A model generated the notes under the pieces. It ran no database searches. It was not told the DNA's origin and was given only the letters and a program-made list of their open reading frames with translations. Positions 24,538-37,635 of a stretch of 64,000 nt of DNA are shown here, piece after piece. The stretch covers positions 265,298,001-265,362,000 of the forward strand of contig OZ024741.1 of the NCBI GenBank assembly GCA_964016885.1, read 5' to 3'. The position numbers were made by a program, and so were the translations under genes. This DNA is from Eledone cirrhosa. Its lineage: Eukaryota. How positions within the stretch are numbered: the first letter of the stretch is position 1; each line of letters begins with the position of its first letter.

Positions 24538-25431
24538 CTAGCAGTAAAGCCCGGCGTTGCTCGGGGTCGCTCAGTAGCTGTGTTAAAGTTACAATGTTAA
24601 GTTTCTTTCTTGGCTTAAAAACTGTAGTGTCTACTGTGCAGACTTGCATGTGGTGTTTTTGATTAATATTCCCTCAACCAACAATATGCCTTATGAAGTT
24701 AAGAAAACATAACGATAACCCTAATGTTATAACAAAAGAGGATGCTGGGGATAGAAACTGCACTGGTTATTTATTAACAAAGATCGATAATGTAAACACT
24801 GCAACGCAGAGAAAAACATTAGCGGAACCAAATTATCAGTTATGTCTGTCTGCACGCCTATATCACCTCTCTGCACGACTATCTGTCTGCACGCCTATAT
24901 CACCTCTCTGCACGACTATCTGTCTGCACTCGTATATCACCTCTCTGCACGACTGTCTGTCTGCACGACTGTCTGTCTGCACGACTGTCTGTCTGCACGC
25001 CTAACGACGAAATATTTGCTTGTTTTACGTAGTCTTTAAATAGACTTGTTTTCAAGTAAAAATATTGTTTTAAAATGCTTTTAAATGGAAATGAAGCAAA
25101 ACGGAAGCTTAGTGTTCGAACTGATGAATTTTGCAGGTCAATATTTTGCTGGCTCGACAACTGTTAAAGCCAGCGTAATTTTTTACGTAAGACGCTCAAT
25201 GTAAACAGAACAAAGGGAAATAACTGATAACTTACGCTCAAAAATCGATACATTATATTCGATTTCGTCACATAGGGTGGGTCAATTTGAAATTTTTTTT
25301 TTTCCGATGTCTTCGCTAGGGCTCAATGTACAAGTATAGCAATTTCGGTGCAATTCCGTGAGAGATTCTAAGAGGAGATGTGTGCCAAAAATCGATAGAC
25401 AGACAGACAACCACAGTTTTATATATATAGA
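24538..25431 (-). mobile_element. Non-autonomous Helitron A (894 bp)
   Basis: Minus: A|TCTATATATATAAAACTG...(TGTC)n...ccgagcaacgccggg-ctttactg-CTAG|T; no TSD; empty site gtgataa|ttgctg at about 21074-21086; internal tctgcacgac minisatellite 24845-25000. Confidence 0.92.
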
Positions 25432-25626
25432 TTGCTGTCACGATTTTATTACTCGATATTCGATTACCAACAAGTAAATTTTATTATTATAAAATAAACA
25501 TTGTCAACATCACAATTCTTGCATCATTCTTGTTATAATTTATCCTGCAAAGAATACATCTATTTGCTACATAATGGTGACCTCATCACTACAATACAAT
25601 GCTTACAGAACGAAAGCACAAACAAA

Positions 25627-26494
25627 TCTCTATATATAAAACTGAGGATGTCTGTCTGTGTGTGTGTGTGAGTTTGAATCCCTAAAACTCGAGAACCACC
25701 CAACCGACTGTTTTCAAACTTTACACATGTAATACTTATGTTTCAGGGAGTGTTCTGAGCTAAGAAAATTTTAAATTTTAAATGCCCTAGGAACCACATT
25801 AGGTGATTTAGCGATCTCTCTCTATAATTCTTAGTCGTTCTCTTTTTAGATAGATACATACATATAACGTCGCGCCCTTATAATATCTGTCTGTATGTCT
25901 GACTGTCTGCATTACGTCACTTCCCTGAGGATGTCTGTCTCTGTGTGTGTGTGTCTGTGAGTTTGAATACCTAAAACTCGAGAAGTACCCAACTGATTTT
26001 TTTCAAACTTTACATGTGTATTACTTATGTTTCAGCTTTTTCATCCCCTGCGTTTTTTAATGTTTTTATGGGTTTTTTGGGGCGTTACGTCAGACTGATT
26101 TCCTTGAAATTGTAACTATGTATTAGTCAGTCTCTTCTTCATACCGTGAGCAAAGAAAATCCAACTTTTTTATGGCCTATGGCCCGCATTAGGTGAAAAA
26201 CTTCATTTTTTTTCAGCTTTTTAGGGCTCTTTTGAGGCGTTACGTCTAGCCGATTTTCCCGAAATTTCAAGGCATATTATGCACATAAAAAAAATTCATT
26301 TTCTTGATCCCCTAGGGCTCGTATTAGGTGAAAACCTGCATTTTTCCTGCTCATCGAGGAAAATCTTAAAGATTATCCAGCCATCAGAGTATTCGGTTTA
26401 TTTTCTTTACATATTGTCGAGGCATGCAGTGGGTCTGTTGGCGGCCCGCGTTCCATAATACCTTATCCCGTGCAACGCCGGGTAGCACTGCTAG
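25627..26494 (+). mobile_element. Non-autonomous Helitron B
   Basis: A|TCTCTATATATAAAACTGAGG...cccgtgcaacgccggg hairpin-tagcactg-CTAG|T. Confidence 0.88.
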
Positions 26495-26752
26495 TATAAT
26501 ATAAAGGAAAGGGAAAGGGAAAACAGAAAAAAAAAGAAAGGAAAAGAAAGAGAAAAGGAAAAAAGAGAAAACAAAAACAAAAAAAAACACAAGTGGTTAG
26601 CACACATCTGGGACCACATACAACAAAAGGCAGGCGAAAGGGGTGGACAATCGAGCCGCTACCAGAATAAAAGATAACAGTATCGCGAGGAGCACTGGGA
26701 AACCTATCTAATGATCTTTTAGGCAAGCCAGCACGCTCGCAGCGTTATTCGC

Positions 26753-26849
26753 CTTATAAAATAGAGTGAAGACCCTTAAAAGTCGGAAAAGGAAGTTGCT
26801 ATCGAACTTCCTTTTCCATCTTTTAAAGGTCTTCACTCTAATTTATAAG
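26753..26849. repeat. Fold-back hairpin (about 45-bp arms); single-arm relative at about 35560-35600
   Basis: cttataaaatagagtgaagacccttaaaag..ggaaaaggaagtt / aacttccttttcc..cttttaaaggtcttcactctaatttataag. Confidence 0.85.
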
Positions 26850-27051
26850 CCATCTTTATAGCCTTTCTGCGCTTGAGCACTGTCTTTGTACTTATATATA
26901 TATACATATATTATACTTATATATATATATATATAAATACATAATACTTATATATATATACTTATATATATATATACGTATATTCTCGGCGTTTCAAAAG
27001 CCGGAAATTCAGCTTCCTACATTGTTTATTCGATGTTAAATATTGAATTAC

Positions 27052-27350
27052 AGGTGGCAATTTGGCAGAGTCGTTAGAACGTCGGATAGAATGCTTTATG
27101 GTAGTCGTTTCGGTTCTCTGCTGCCCGAGTTCAAATCCCGCCAAGGTAAACTTTGCTTTTCATCCTTTCGAGGTTGATAAAAGAAAAGCATTAGTCTAGT
27201 AGGAGAGTCAATTCTTCTTCTCTCTCTCTCTGGAAGAAATCTGCTGTACTCAGTCCTGGGGGAGGAATGGGCTCCGCCAGGCTTAAAATGGCCAAGAAAC
27301 ACCGTATGTTAATACGGCGCCCTTACGACTCTGTCATGAGTTACAGGACC
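27052..27350 (+). mobile_element. Family-A SINE variant with alternative 3' tail; second copy at about 29870-30200 (-)
   Basis: tRNA-like head and core, then a CT-rich tract and ctctggaagaaatctg...gggctccgcca...ccgtatgt.aat.cggcg..c.tacgact...gagttac in both copies. Confidence 0.7.
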
Positions 27351-27924
27351 ATATTGAATATGTTTTTTTTCATGTTCTGTGAGCAATTCGTATATATGTG
27401 AGTTTTCTGTCAAAATTCCTTCGTATATGTTCTTTATGAAGGCGTAGTGGTGATGGTGGAGGTGGGGTTAAAAATAGAAATGGGAAAAAAATATAAAATT
27501 TTATTTACAATAATTGTTTCTACTTTAGGCACAAGGCCAGCAGTTACCCAGTACATTACTGGTACTTTGGGTAATTGCTGGCCTTGTGCCTAAAGTAGAA
27601 ACAATTATTGTAAATAAAATGTTATATTTTTTTCTCATTTCTATTTTTATTTACAATAATAATTGTTTCTACTTTAGGCACAAGGCCAGCAAAATTGTCC
27701 CAGTGCATTTTGTCGACCCCGTAAGGATGAAAGGCAAAGTTAACCTCAGCGGGATTTGAACTCAGAATGGCAAGGGCCGTAACTCTATTCGTCAAAGCAT
27801 TGTCTGACCCTCTACCGATACTGCCAATCCAATGACAACTATAATGACGGCAATAATAAAAAAGAAAAAGAAACAAAAGGAAAAAAGAATTGGGAAATAT
27901 AGAGAAAATAAAGAAAAAAAGAAC

Positions 27925-28245
27925 GGGATGGCCAGTGACACTCGCTGCAACAGCCGCCCAACCTCGCGGGGCTCTTTCCTCAGATGAGCCGCTAATGTTA
28001 CGATCTTGAGGAGGAGCTCGGCAGTACGGGGTCCAAGTACGCCTGAGGTCTCGACAGCGGCGGGTGCGAAGAGGAAGCGGTCGGACAAGCCCCAGTATTT
28101 GTTTATTTTACGTTCTTCTGCGAGGCGGGCCGCGATGCCGGGGTTTGTGGCCGAAGCTACTAAGTTGGAGAACGTGTCGCAGTAGGTGGAGTCCCAAATG
28201 AGGGATCTACCTCCTTCGAATGGGAAGAGGGTAATTCCGTCGGGA
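27925..28245 (-). mobile_element. CRE-clade RLE endonuclease fragment
   Basis: PDGITLFPFEGGRSLIWDSTYCDTF...AEERKINKY..LSDRFLFAPAAVETSGVLGP...LLQRVSLAI. Confidence 0.8.
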
Positions 28246-28379
28246 AATGGAAAATGTTCTTACAATTCAAACTAATGGCCAGCAGACGTTTTTAATGTAT
28301 GGGAGTGGGGGTTTATGAGGGGTTCAATTGTGTTGAAGGGTCAGTTTAGGTGTGGATAGAGAATTAATCTTTTGTTTTG

Positions 28380-28424
<45 letters not shown>

Positions 28425-28817
28425 GTGTTGTGTGAGTGTGTGTGTGCGTGTGTGTGTATGTGTGTGTGAGTGTATATGTGTGTGTGTTTACCCCTTGTAT
28501 CAAGAGAACAAAATTGTTTTTTAGGGGTTGTTGAAAAAAAGTAAGGATAAAAATAAAGAAAAATATAGATATAAACATGATTGAAAGGGGTCCCGTGGAG
28601 GGCGAGGGTCAGCGACTGGGTTCCTGGGGGATTTGCAGATGAAAAGGAAGAGAAAAGAAAAGAGAGAGAGAGATAGAGAGAAAATAATAATAATTGTTTC
28701 TACTTTAGGTTCAAGACCAACAATTTGAAGGGGAAAGGAAAGTCAATTAAATCGACCCCAGTGCATTACTGTTACATTATTTCATCGACTCCTGGGTTTT
28801 CCTTTTATCTTGTGATG

Positions 28818-28879
<62 letters not shown>

Positions 28880-28956
28880 GTTGCATATAGGTGTGTGTGA
28901 ATAGGTTATTCCTATCCATGGGGAATAATTACATATTTAATTGTGGTTTGTATTTG

Positions 28957-29250
28957 CATGGCTCATGTGTTAGAGCGTCGGGCTTACAATCGTGAAGTAG
29001 TGAGTTCGATTACCGGACCGGGCTTTGCGTTGTGTTCTTGAACAAGACACTTTATTTTATGTCGCTCCAGTTTATTCAGCTGTAGAAATGAGTTGCGACA
29101 TCACTTGTGCCAAGCTGTATCAGCCATTGCCTTTCCCTTGGGCAACATTGGTGGCATGGAGAGGGGAAACTGGTATAAAACAACCTTGCCTGAACTTGTG
29201 GCTCGGAGGGGAAGTTTCTAGGTGTAAATCCCATGGTCATTCGTGACCCT
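28957..29250 (+). mobile_element. tRNA-derived CORE-like SINE, family B; copies at about 29650-29850 (-), 47110-47310, 50678-51060 (+) and 53965-54270 (-)
   Basis: TGGCTCATGTGTTAG A-box-like, GAGTTCGATTACC B-box, CORE-like tgtgttcttgaacaagacacttta..gctccagttta.tcagctgtagaaatgag. Confidence 0.8.
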
Positions 29251-30766
29251 TTATTTGTTAATGAATTGTTTTTCTTTATTTATTCTCTGTTGTTGAGTGA
29301 AAGAGTCTGAGCATTTGTAGAGTGGGAAAATGTTGAAGTTGGGTATGTCTAACCCTGCACCTGTTGCAATGTGGCTGCTTAAGGGGGTTTGTCTCGTGTT
29401 TTCGTCGCCGCTTTGTTGGCAGTGTATGGTCATTCAATATTTAACATCTAATATTTTATAGAAATTGGAATACCAATCGAAACCAGTTATATTTAATGCA
29501 ACAATTAATCATTCTGTCGTATTAAGAAAAAACATTCTTCAAATATGTATAAACCATTTTTTAATTGTCGCAGGGTAAACTGGCCAACGCGAAATTCGTT
29601 GTTCTCCTGCTCTAATAGTCTAAAAATCTAAAGTCTGTCCTAAGAGTACAAGACTCCCCTCTTCCCCTGGATAGAATGCCAGTCCATCGCAACGTTAAGC
29701 TCCCAGCTACTGCTGGTACTCGTTTTCAGCTGAGTATACTGAAGCAAGGTGAAATGAAGTATTTTGCTAAAGAACACAACACACCACCTGGCCCAGGAAT
29801 CGAACACACGACATTATTATCGTGAGTCCAACATCTTAACTACAAGTCCCCAGTTTTGTCTTCCTCTTTTATCCCGTAACTCTTGGGGAAGTCGTAGGGA
29901 CGCCGAATTGACATACGGCGTTTCTAGGGTATTTTTAAACTTGGCGGAGCCCTTGTCCTCTCCAGGTTTGAATACAACAGATTTCTTCCAGAGCAGGATA
30001 GAGAATGAGAGAGAATGGAAGTGAGAAGGAGATATAGAGAAAGAATCGACCCCAGTACTAGACTGGTACTTTGGGTTTTTTTTTATCAACCTCAATTGGA
30101 TGAAAGGCAAAGTTGACCTCGGTGGAATTTGAACTCAGAGAAGAGATAACCGAAACGAATACCGCGAAGCATTCTGTCCAACTCTGTCATTTCGCCGCCT
30201 CACGAGGCCCCAGTGTTATACGCAAAAATCTGTGGTGCTGTGAAACTCGAAATATTTCGGTAAAGGTCTTTTTTCTGTGTCACACACAAACTCCCATTTT
30301 CTCTCTCGCTCTTCCCCATCTCTCTCATTGTTTTTCTTTTCCTCTCCCCACTCCCATGCTCTCTTTCTCCCACTATCTCATTCTCTCACTCTTTCTCCAT
30401 CTTCCCCCTCTCTCTTTCCCATTCTCTCTCATTCACAATCTAATGTGTTATTTCCAGAGAAATTAAAATCGTAAAACCAACCAGTCACATTTAAAAAAAA
30501 TACAATTTTCATTTTTATATAATTATTATTTTTTAAGTATACTAGCTGCTGTAGTATTGTTTTGTTTTGTTTTTTTTTTGTTAACCATCTAAAGCCATGG
30601 GAAGAGCTCAGCCGGTGGGCAGTAATTCTTCCTCTCCTTTCTCCATATATATATATATAATGAGTTTTCTGGTGATTTCATACGAATGAAACAGTTTTTG
30701 TCCTGTAGAAGTCGTTTCTATATAAAATAAATAAATATATATATACATATATGTCTGTGTGTACCA

Positions 30767-30806
<40 letters not shown>

Positions 30807-30958
30807 CTTGTTGTTCTGTATGTATATATGTGTGTGACTGCTGTATGTATATATGTGTGTATGTGACGTATGTATGTATGTATGTATGTATGTATGTATG
30901 TGACTGCTGTGTTCCGTTCAGTAAATGTTGTCAGTACCCGGATGTTAACAATTTCATT

Positions 30959-30973
30959 ATGGCTGCCTCTGAG
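30959..30973 (+). other. Candidate short start exon (MAASE) with strong splice donor
   Basis: attATGGCTGCCTCTGAG|GTAAGT; good Kozak context; possible acceptors at 30921 and 30934. No downstream coding exon identified. Confidence 0.3.
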
Positions 30974-32795
30974 GTAAGTCTTACTTCTAAACAGTAAACA
31001 TTACTAAACTACTTTCACTCTATTTACTTATATTTATCCCTTTATTTCATTTTTTCTGTCTATACAATTAAGACGCTTTCTTCCTTTATCTGAGTATTTT
31101 GATAGCTTTCTTTCTCTATATATATCTTCGTCATTTTTATATACGTCCTCCGTCTAACATGGTCTTCAATAATATATATATATAAATATATCGATACACC
31201 TTCGTCTATATTTATTAGAAATATTCTAAATATAATGATTTCTTTAAACTAAATCTATACAAATATATATTTTAGGAATCTCAGTGAATCATTTTATATA
31301 TACTTTTGAATATATGTTATGTATATATATTGATATATTTATGTATTTTTCATGCGAGGTGTGGTTTTAAAAATATTAAATAGAATATAATCGTCTTTAC
31401 TCTCACATCTCTGGAACTATTCATAGATATATAATACAGTATACATGTGTGTGTATATATGATATATAGAGAGGTGTAGAATATACATATATTGCTTATA
31501 TATATATATATATTGATGATAATACTGGTTTCATATGAATGAAAGTTCTAGTTCTGTAGAAGTCATTTCTATATAAAATAAATATGCTTCCTCTTTTCTA
31601 ACGTATTGAGTACCTTATTTAACCGTAGTTTCTCTCCGGTCCTCTTCGGAAAACCATCCATAATTATATATATATAATGTTAATGGGTTGTAGGTATAAA
31701 AACAACAAACATACACTCCTAGGGTGGCTCCATATATATAGTAGAGTTGTATTATTATGACATATGTATATTGGTTCTTGCTTGACTAGTAGCTATATAT
31801 ATATATTATATATGTATATATTGGGGGTGGGTATATCATGCTGTTTATATATGTATCAATCTACAATTTATTTTGTTTTTTTTCTGATCCTCTACAATTT
31901 ATCAGTCTTATAGTCATTAATGCACAGACCCATACTCGATGTCATCACCACCGACTGAGAAGTAAATAATAATAATAATTGTTTCTACTTTAGGGCACAA
32001 GGCCAACAATTTGGAGGGAGGGGAAAGTCGATTAAATCGATCCTAGTTCATTACTGGTACTTTATTTATCGATCCCGTAAGGATGACAGAATAATAACAA
32101 TAATTTTCTGATTTAGGCACAAGGCCAATAATTTGAGGAGAAGAGAAAGTCGATTAAATCAGCCCCAGAGCGTTACTAGTACTTTATTTTATCGACCCTG
32201 AATGGATGAAAAGCAATAATAATAATAGTAATAGTAATGACATGATCGAAAGTGAATGAAGATCAGCTGCTACAAACTCAGTTTACACATCAAATTCCAG
32301 CCATAAAACTACAACAAAACCGAAAGAAAATAAACCTAAATCGGTGCTCCAGCATGGCCACAGTCCGATGACAAATCACCGAAAAAGAAAAAAAATATCA
32401 CAACCTGATTTAATTCAATTCTTTTATTTTAAAATAAAATAAAACGAACGAAAACGAATCTTGGTGTCTATAGCAGATACTATGTTAAGATATATTACGA
32501 TTTGTTAACACTGGCACGGCCAAATATTTCGGGACTTCGTAGAAGGGAGCAATCAATTGTATCGATTATATCGATCTTTAATTGTCTAATTTAACCACCA
32601 GAGTAAAGAAAAGGGTTATCATTGTTGCTTTATTCTTTTCATGGTAGAAACCTCCATAAAAGTATCGATGTTTCATTTAATTTTACATTGAAGTAATATA
32701 TATATAATGTATGTATCTATCTATACATATATGTGTGTGTAACACCACATATACATACATCATATATATAGATATTATACACACATATATCGATG

Positions 32796-32860
<65 letters not shown>

Positions 32861-33050
32861 ATACAGATGCACACACACATCCATGCATAGGAGTTGACAT
32901 ACTCACGCGCTCTATTTACAGACAGATAGATATGTAGATATATTGGTAAGGTGTTATTAGCTAAATGACTATCTAAGATCACTATTCAACTCGCTACTTT
33001 AATGAAAGTACTATAAATATTCATTACAGGTAAACCCGACGGTCAAGCCT

Positions 33051-33113
<63 letters not shown>

Positions 33114-35790
33114 TAACACTTGAAATAATAGGAAAATAGTCTACGCTTCGACCAACATATATCACATCTAAATTCATTCTTCCACACGAATGTATGTATG
33201 TAGAAAATTGTATATGCATGCTTATACACACACACACACATCCGCATGTAGTTGACCTCTGGCGAAACCCCAGAGTAACAAGACTCACTATTTAGCTTTA
33301 ATAAAATTTATATATATATATATGGGTCGAAACCGTACGTCCATTCGGACAACCGATGATCGCAGAGTGTTTGTACCTGTTGCCAATTTTGCTTATATAT
33401 TAGTTCGAGAATTTAAAAAAATTACATGGTCTTATTAGCTTCATGCTTGTATATATGCCATTCTCTTTCTCTAGACTTTCACAACATCACACACACATAC
33501 ACTTAAGTATAATACGAACGAACGAACGAACGAATGAATGAATAAAAATAAGAGTACAGGAAATTGTTAAGAATATCCTTTACTCTACTCCCAATCCAAA
33601 TTGATTTCATACACACACTCTAGCTTATATTTCTGTCTACACACAAATTATATATACACTTCTTGTGTGAGTATATACTGACATGTATGAATATATATGT
33701 GTGCATATACATATATAAATTACTCGTTCCGAGCTCACAATTCACTTCCTCGCTGTGTGTATCTGTATGTGCGTGTCTTCTTTCTGGCAACTATAAAACT
33801 CGGAATAGCGACGAAGCGAAAAAACAACTCTTCCAATGAGTAAGCTCTACTATATATTTTGAGTATTGTTCTCGTGTGTGTATGTATGTGGGTGTGTATA
33901 TATATATATATATATATCTCACTGAGGTTATACATAGTGTTCCTTCTACGCACATATCTGGTGTTTTTATTATATATACGTGTTGCGTTGTCCCATCATA
34001 TGTATGTGTGTGTGTGTTTGGATGATAGACAAATAGAGATCGATAAAATAAGTACCAGACTTTGAAAAAAAAGTACTGGCTGGTTATTGGGGGGGGTCAA
34101 TATGATCGACTAAGCCCTTGATGTTAGTGTCCAAGCATGGCCACAGTCTAATGATTGAAACCAGTTTAAAGAACATCTACTCATTCATTCCTTTAGCCAA
34201 CAAGAGAGCTTCTATGTGGTCGTTGTATTGGTCAGATTTTCTTTGGACCACACCCTGTTGTCCTAATTAAAGAAGATATTGAATAATGTAGTCTTGGATA
34301 CACAGAAAATGACGGGATAGTTATGATTGATATACACGCCGTCCCCTTCGATTTTTTGTTTGCGGCTCAATCAAGACTGACGTAGGGTTTAACAACAATA
34401 ATAATAACTACCAACGTTTCTTAATGTAGATACACTGTTTTCACATTTATTAGTACTGTTTATCTGTGTCCGCGTGTGTGTGTCTGTGTCTGTGTGTGTG
34501 TCTGTGTTTAAACAGCGAGAAAGAGAGAGAGAGAGAGAGCGATCATCACCAAACGTCTGCTTTCCATGGTGGCATGGGTTGGACAGGTCGTCACGGCTTT
34601 AGGCATGACGGATAGGATAGTTTGCACGTTCCATATTTGTGTATGTATATATGTGTCTGTCTATGTATATACATACGCACGAACACACACTCTCATTTGA
34701 CTGCATTGGTGATTCATAACCCTGTATGTATCGATATCTACACCGCCACTCATCACCTCACATAACATTTCCTTTCACATTAAAACAGCCAAGCACATTG
34801 CGGATTTATTCACACACACACATGTACATCTTTACCCCCCACCTAGCAAGCTAAATATCAACTGCCAAGACTTCGTCACCTTCTGTGAGGGACTGGCAAA
34901 GGTCACGGGTCGTGTCTCCGCCCTTCCTTCTCCGACTTGATATATGTGTGTGTGCGCGTGCGCTTCCGTTTTTACATATATGTATCTCCATGTACACACG
35001 ACACATTGAAACAGTCACACACACACACACACAGACACACACACATCGTTGACAATAGATGTCAAATGAAGAAAATAAAAATAGACTCGTCCGATTCACC
35101 AGATTCTTTGCGTATCCACACGTTAGGGTTCCCTCGTTAGTTCATGTATGTGTGCGTGTGTGTATATATATACACACACACATACAATCATTCTTCAATT
35201 TTTCAATTCATATTCATATTGACATTCCCATTAATTGTTTCTACTTTTGACACAAGGCCAGCAATTACCCCAGTGTATTACTGGTACTTTATTTTATCGA
35301 CTCCGTAAGGATGAAAGGCAAAGTTAACCTCGGTGGCATTTGAACTCAGGCCATACAGATATATAGATAATCAGAGAGAGAGAGAGAGAGACATTTCTCT
35401 GTCGTTATTTTAACTTGAGTGTCACCAAAGTCAAATTCTTGTCATGTTTATCCTAATATTCTCAACAGTGGAATTAACCAACAGCAGACCTTTGAAAGTT
35501 TAACTTTATATATATATAGTGAGAGAGAGAGGCGCGTGTTCTCATGTGGAGATGCTATCAAATAGAGTGAAGACCCTTAAAGACGAAAAAAGAAGTTGTC
35601 ATCAGCCAGTACAAGGAATCAAACCTCACATCTCCCAGATACCAGCTAGGTGCTTTGACCCTATATAAACTGGAGTTTTCTGGTTAACTGTCGAAATGTA
35701 GAAGAAACATTAGTTACAAATGGAAGATGTCAACTCTCTCCAACGATCAGATCTGAGCTACTAATATGTGTGTGTGTGTATATATATATT

Positions 35791-36832
35791 CCTCCAAGCC
35801 ATAACAGGAGTTTAAGACTGGATGCCCATGGGAACTTCTCTATGCTGATGATCTGGTTCTTATAGCAGAATCAGTAGAGGAGCTAGAGAATAAATTCTGT
35901 CTATGGAAACAGCAGTTGGAATCAAGAGGACTGAGAGTGAACGTAGCTAAGACAAAGGTGTTGATAAGTAGAAAAGAGGCCAAAACTCTGATTCCATCAG
36001 GGAAATGGCCATGTTCGATATGTAGGAAAGGAACTGACATAAATTCCATAAAATGTACGCAATGCAGATCTTGGGTACACGAGATGTAGTGGGATAGCAG
36101 ACAAACTAACAGGTAGGGAAAACTACGTATGCAGTAGATGTACAGGGAAAGTTGACAGTAGTAATCGCAGTGATACACATTTTTCCAATGCAGGTGGGTT
36201 CTATAGAAGTAGTTGATAGCTTCCGGTTCCTAGGAGATCAGATTAGCATGGGAGGGGGGGTGTTCTGAGGCCATAGTATCTAGAATAAGGACGGGTTGGA
36301 AGAAGTTTAGTGAGCTGCTTCCTTTGTTGACAAAAAAGGGTTTCTCCCTGCATACGAAAGGACGGTTATATGATGCCTGTGTGAGATGCGCGATGCTGCA
36401 TGGTAGTAAGACATGGGTGGCAACTACAGAGGATATGCGACGGCTGGAGAGAAATGAAGCAAGTATGCTCCGTTGAATGTGCAATGTCAATGTGCGTGAA
36501 TGACCAAACATGGATGTGTTGAGAAAGAAACTGGGTATAAGAGGGATAAGTTGTGATGTGCAGGAGAGAAGGCTGAGATGGTATGGGCATGTGATGCACA
36601 TGGAGGATGACCGCTGGGTAAAGAAGTGCCAAGAAATCCCAGTAGAAGGAAGTCGTAGAAGAGGTAGACCACGTAAAGCATGGGCAGAGGTGGTGAGAGC
36701 AGACCTCAGATTGCTGAAACTCACCGAGAGATGACGAAGGACCATGACAAGTGGAGAGATGCTGTGCTGAATAGGACCCATCCAACCATTGCAAGCAGGG
36801 AAAAGTGGACGTAAAATAATGATAATGATGAT
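35791..36832 (+). mobile_element. 5'-truncated RTE LINE with a Cys/His (PHD-like) finger after the RT core
   Basis: GCPWELLYADDLVL, LRVNVAKTKV, WPCSICRKG...CTQCRSWVH..C...YVCSRC, RLRWYGHV, RRRGRPRKAW; 3' tail ccaaccattgcaagcagggaaaagtggacgtaaaa(tga)n. Short 3' fragments at about 37830, 47925 and 51610-51810 (-). Confidence 0.88.
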
Positions 36833-36959
36833 ATACGCAGTATTACAGAAGACCAGACGGGCACTGGCCGAGACTGAAGCATATAAATAGTATGCACCAC
36901 CCCACCCACTCCCATACACCTCCTATGAGGACAAGCTGAAGCATTCATCTAGTGAAGCC

Positions 36960-37635
36960 TCCAGCCCACACTGTAAAGTGGTCGTGACAGCGACACGGTA
37001 AAAAAGCGCCCAGCCCACACTATAAAGTGGCCATGTAAGTGTCACAGCAAAAAGTACCCAGTCCATACTATAAAGTGGTCATGTAAGTGTCACAGCAAAA
37101 AGTACCCAGCCCACACTATAAAGTGGTCATGTGTCACAGCAAAAAGTACCCAGTCCATACTATAAAGTGGTCATGTAAGTGTCACAGCAAAAAGTACCCA
37201 GCCCACACTATAAAGTGGTCATGTGTCACAGCAAAAAGTACCCAGTCCATACTATAAAGTGGTCATGTAAGTGTCACAGCAAAAAGTACCCAGTCCATAC
37301 TCTAAAGTGGTCATGTAAGTGTCACAGCAAAAAGTACCCAGTCCATACTCTAAAGTGGTCATGTAAGTGTCACAGCAAAAAGTACCCAGTCCATACTATA
37401 AAGTGGTCATGTAAGTGTCACAGCAAAAAGTACCCAGTCCATACTCTAAAGTGGTCATGTAAGTGTCACAGCAAAAAGTACCCAGTCCATACTCTAAAGT
37501 GGTCATGTAAGTGTCACAGCAAAAAGTACCCAGTCCATACTCTAAAGTGGTCATGTAGGTGTCATGGCAAAAAGCACCCAGTCCACACTGTAAAATGGTC
37601 ATGTCGGTGCCATGGCAAAAAGCACCCAGCGCTCA
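36960..37635 (+). repeat. 48-bp minisatellite (about 14 units, some 44 bp) inside an RTE-tailed SINE that ends near 37790
   Basis: Unit aaaaagtacccagtccatactataaagtggtcatgtaagtgtcacagc, followed by gttggcactaggaagggtatccagctgtagaaac...ggacgttaaa..(gat)n. Confidence 0.9.
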
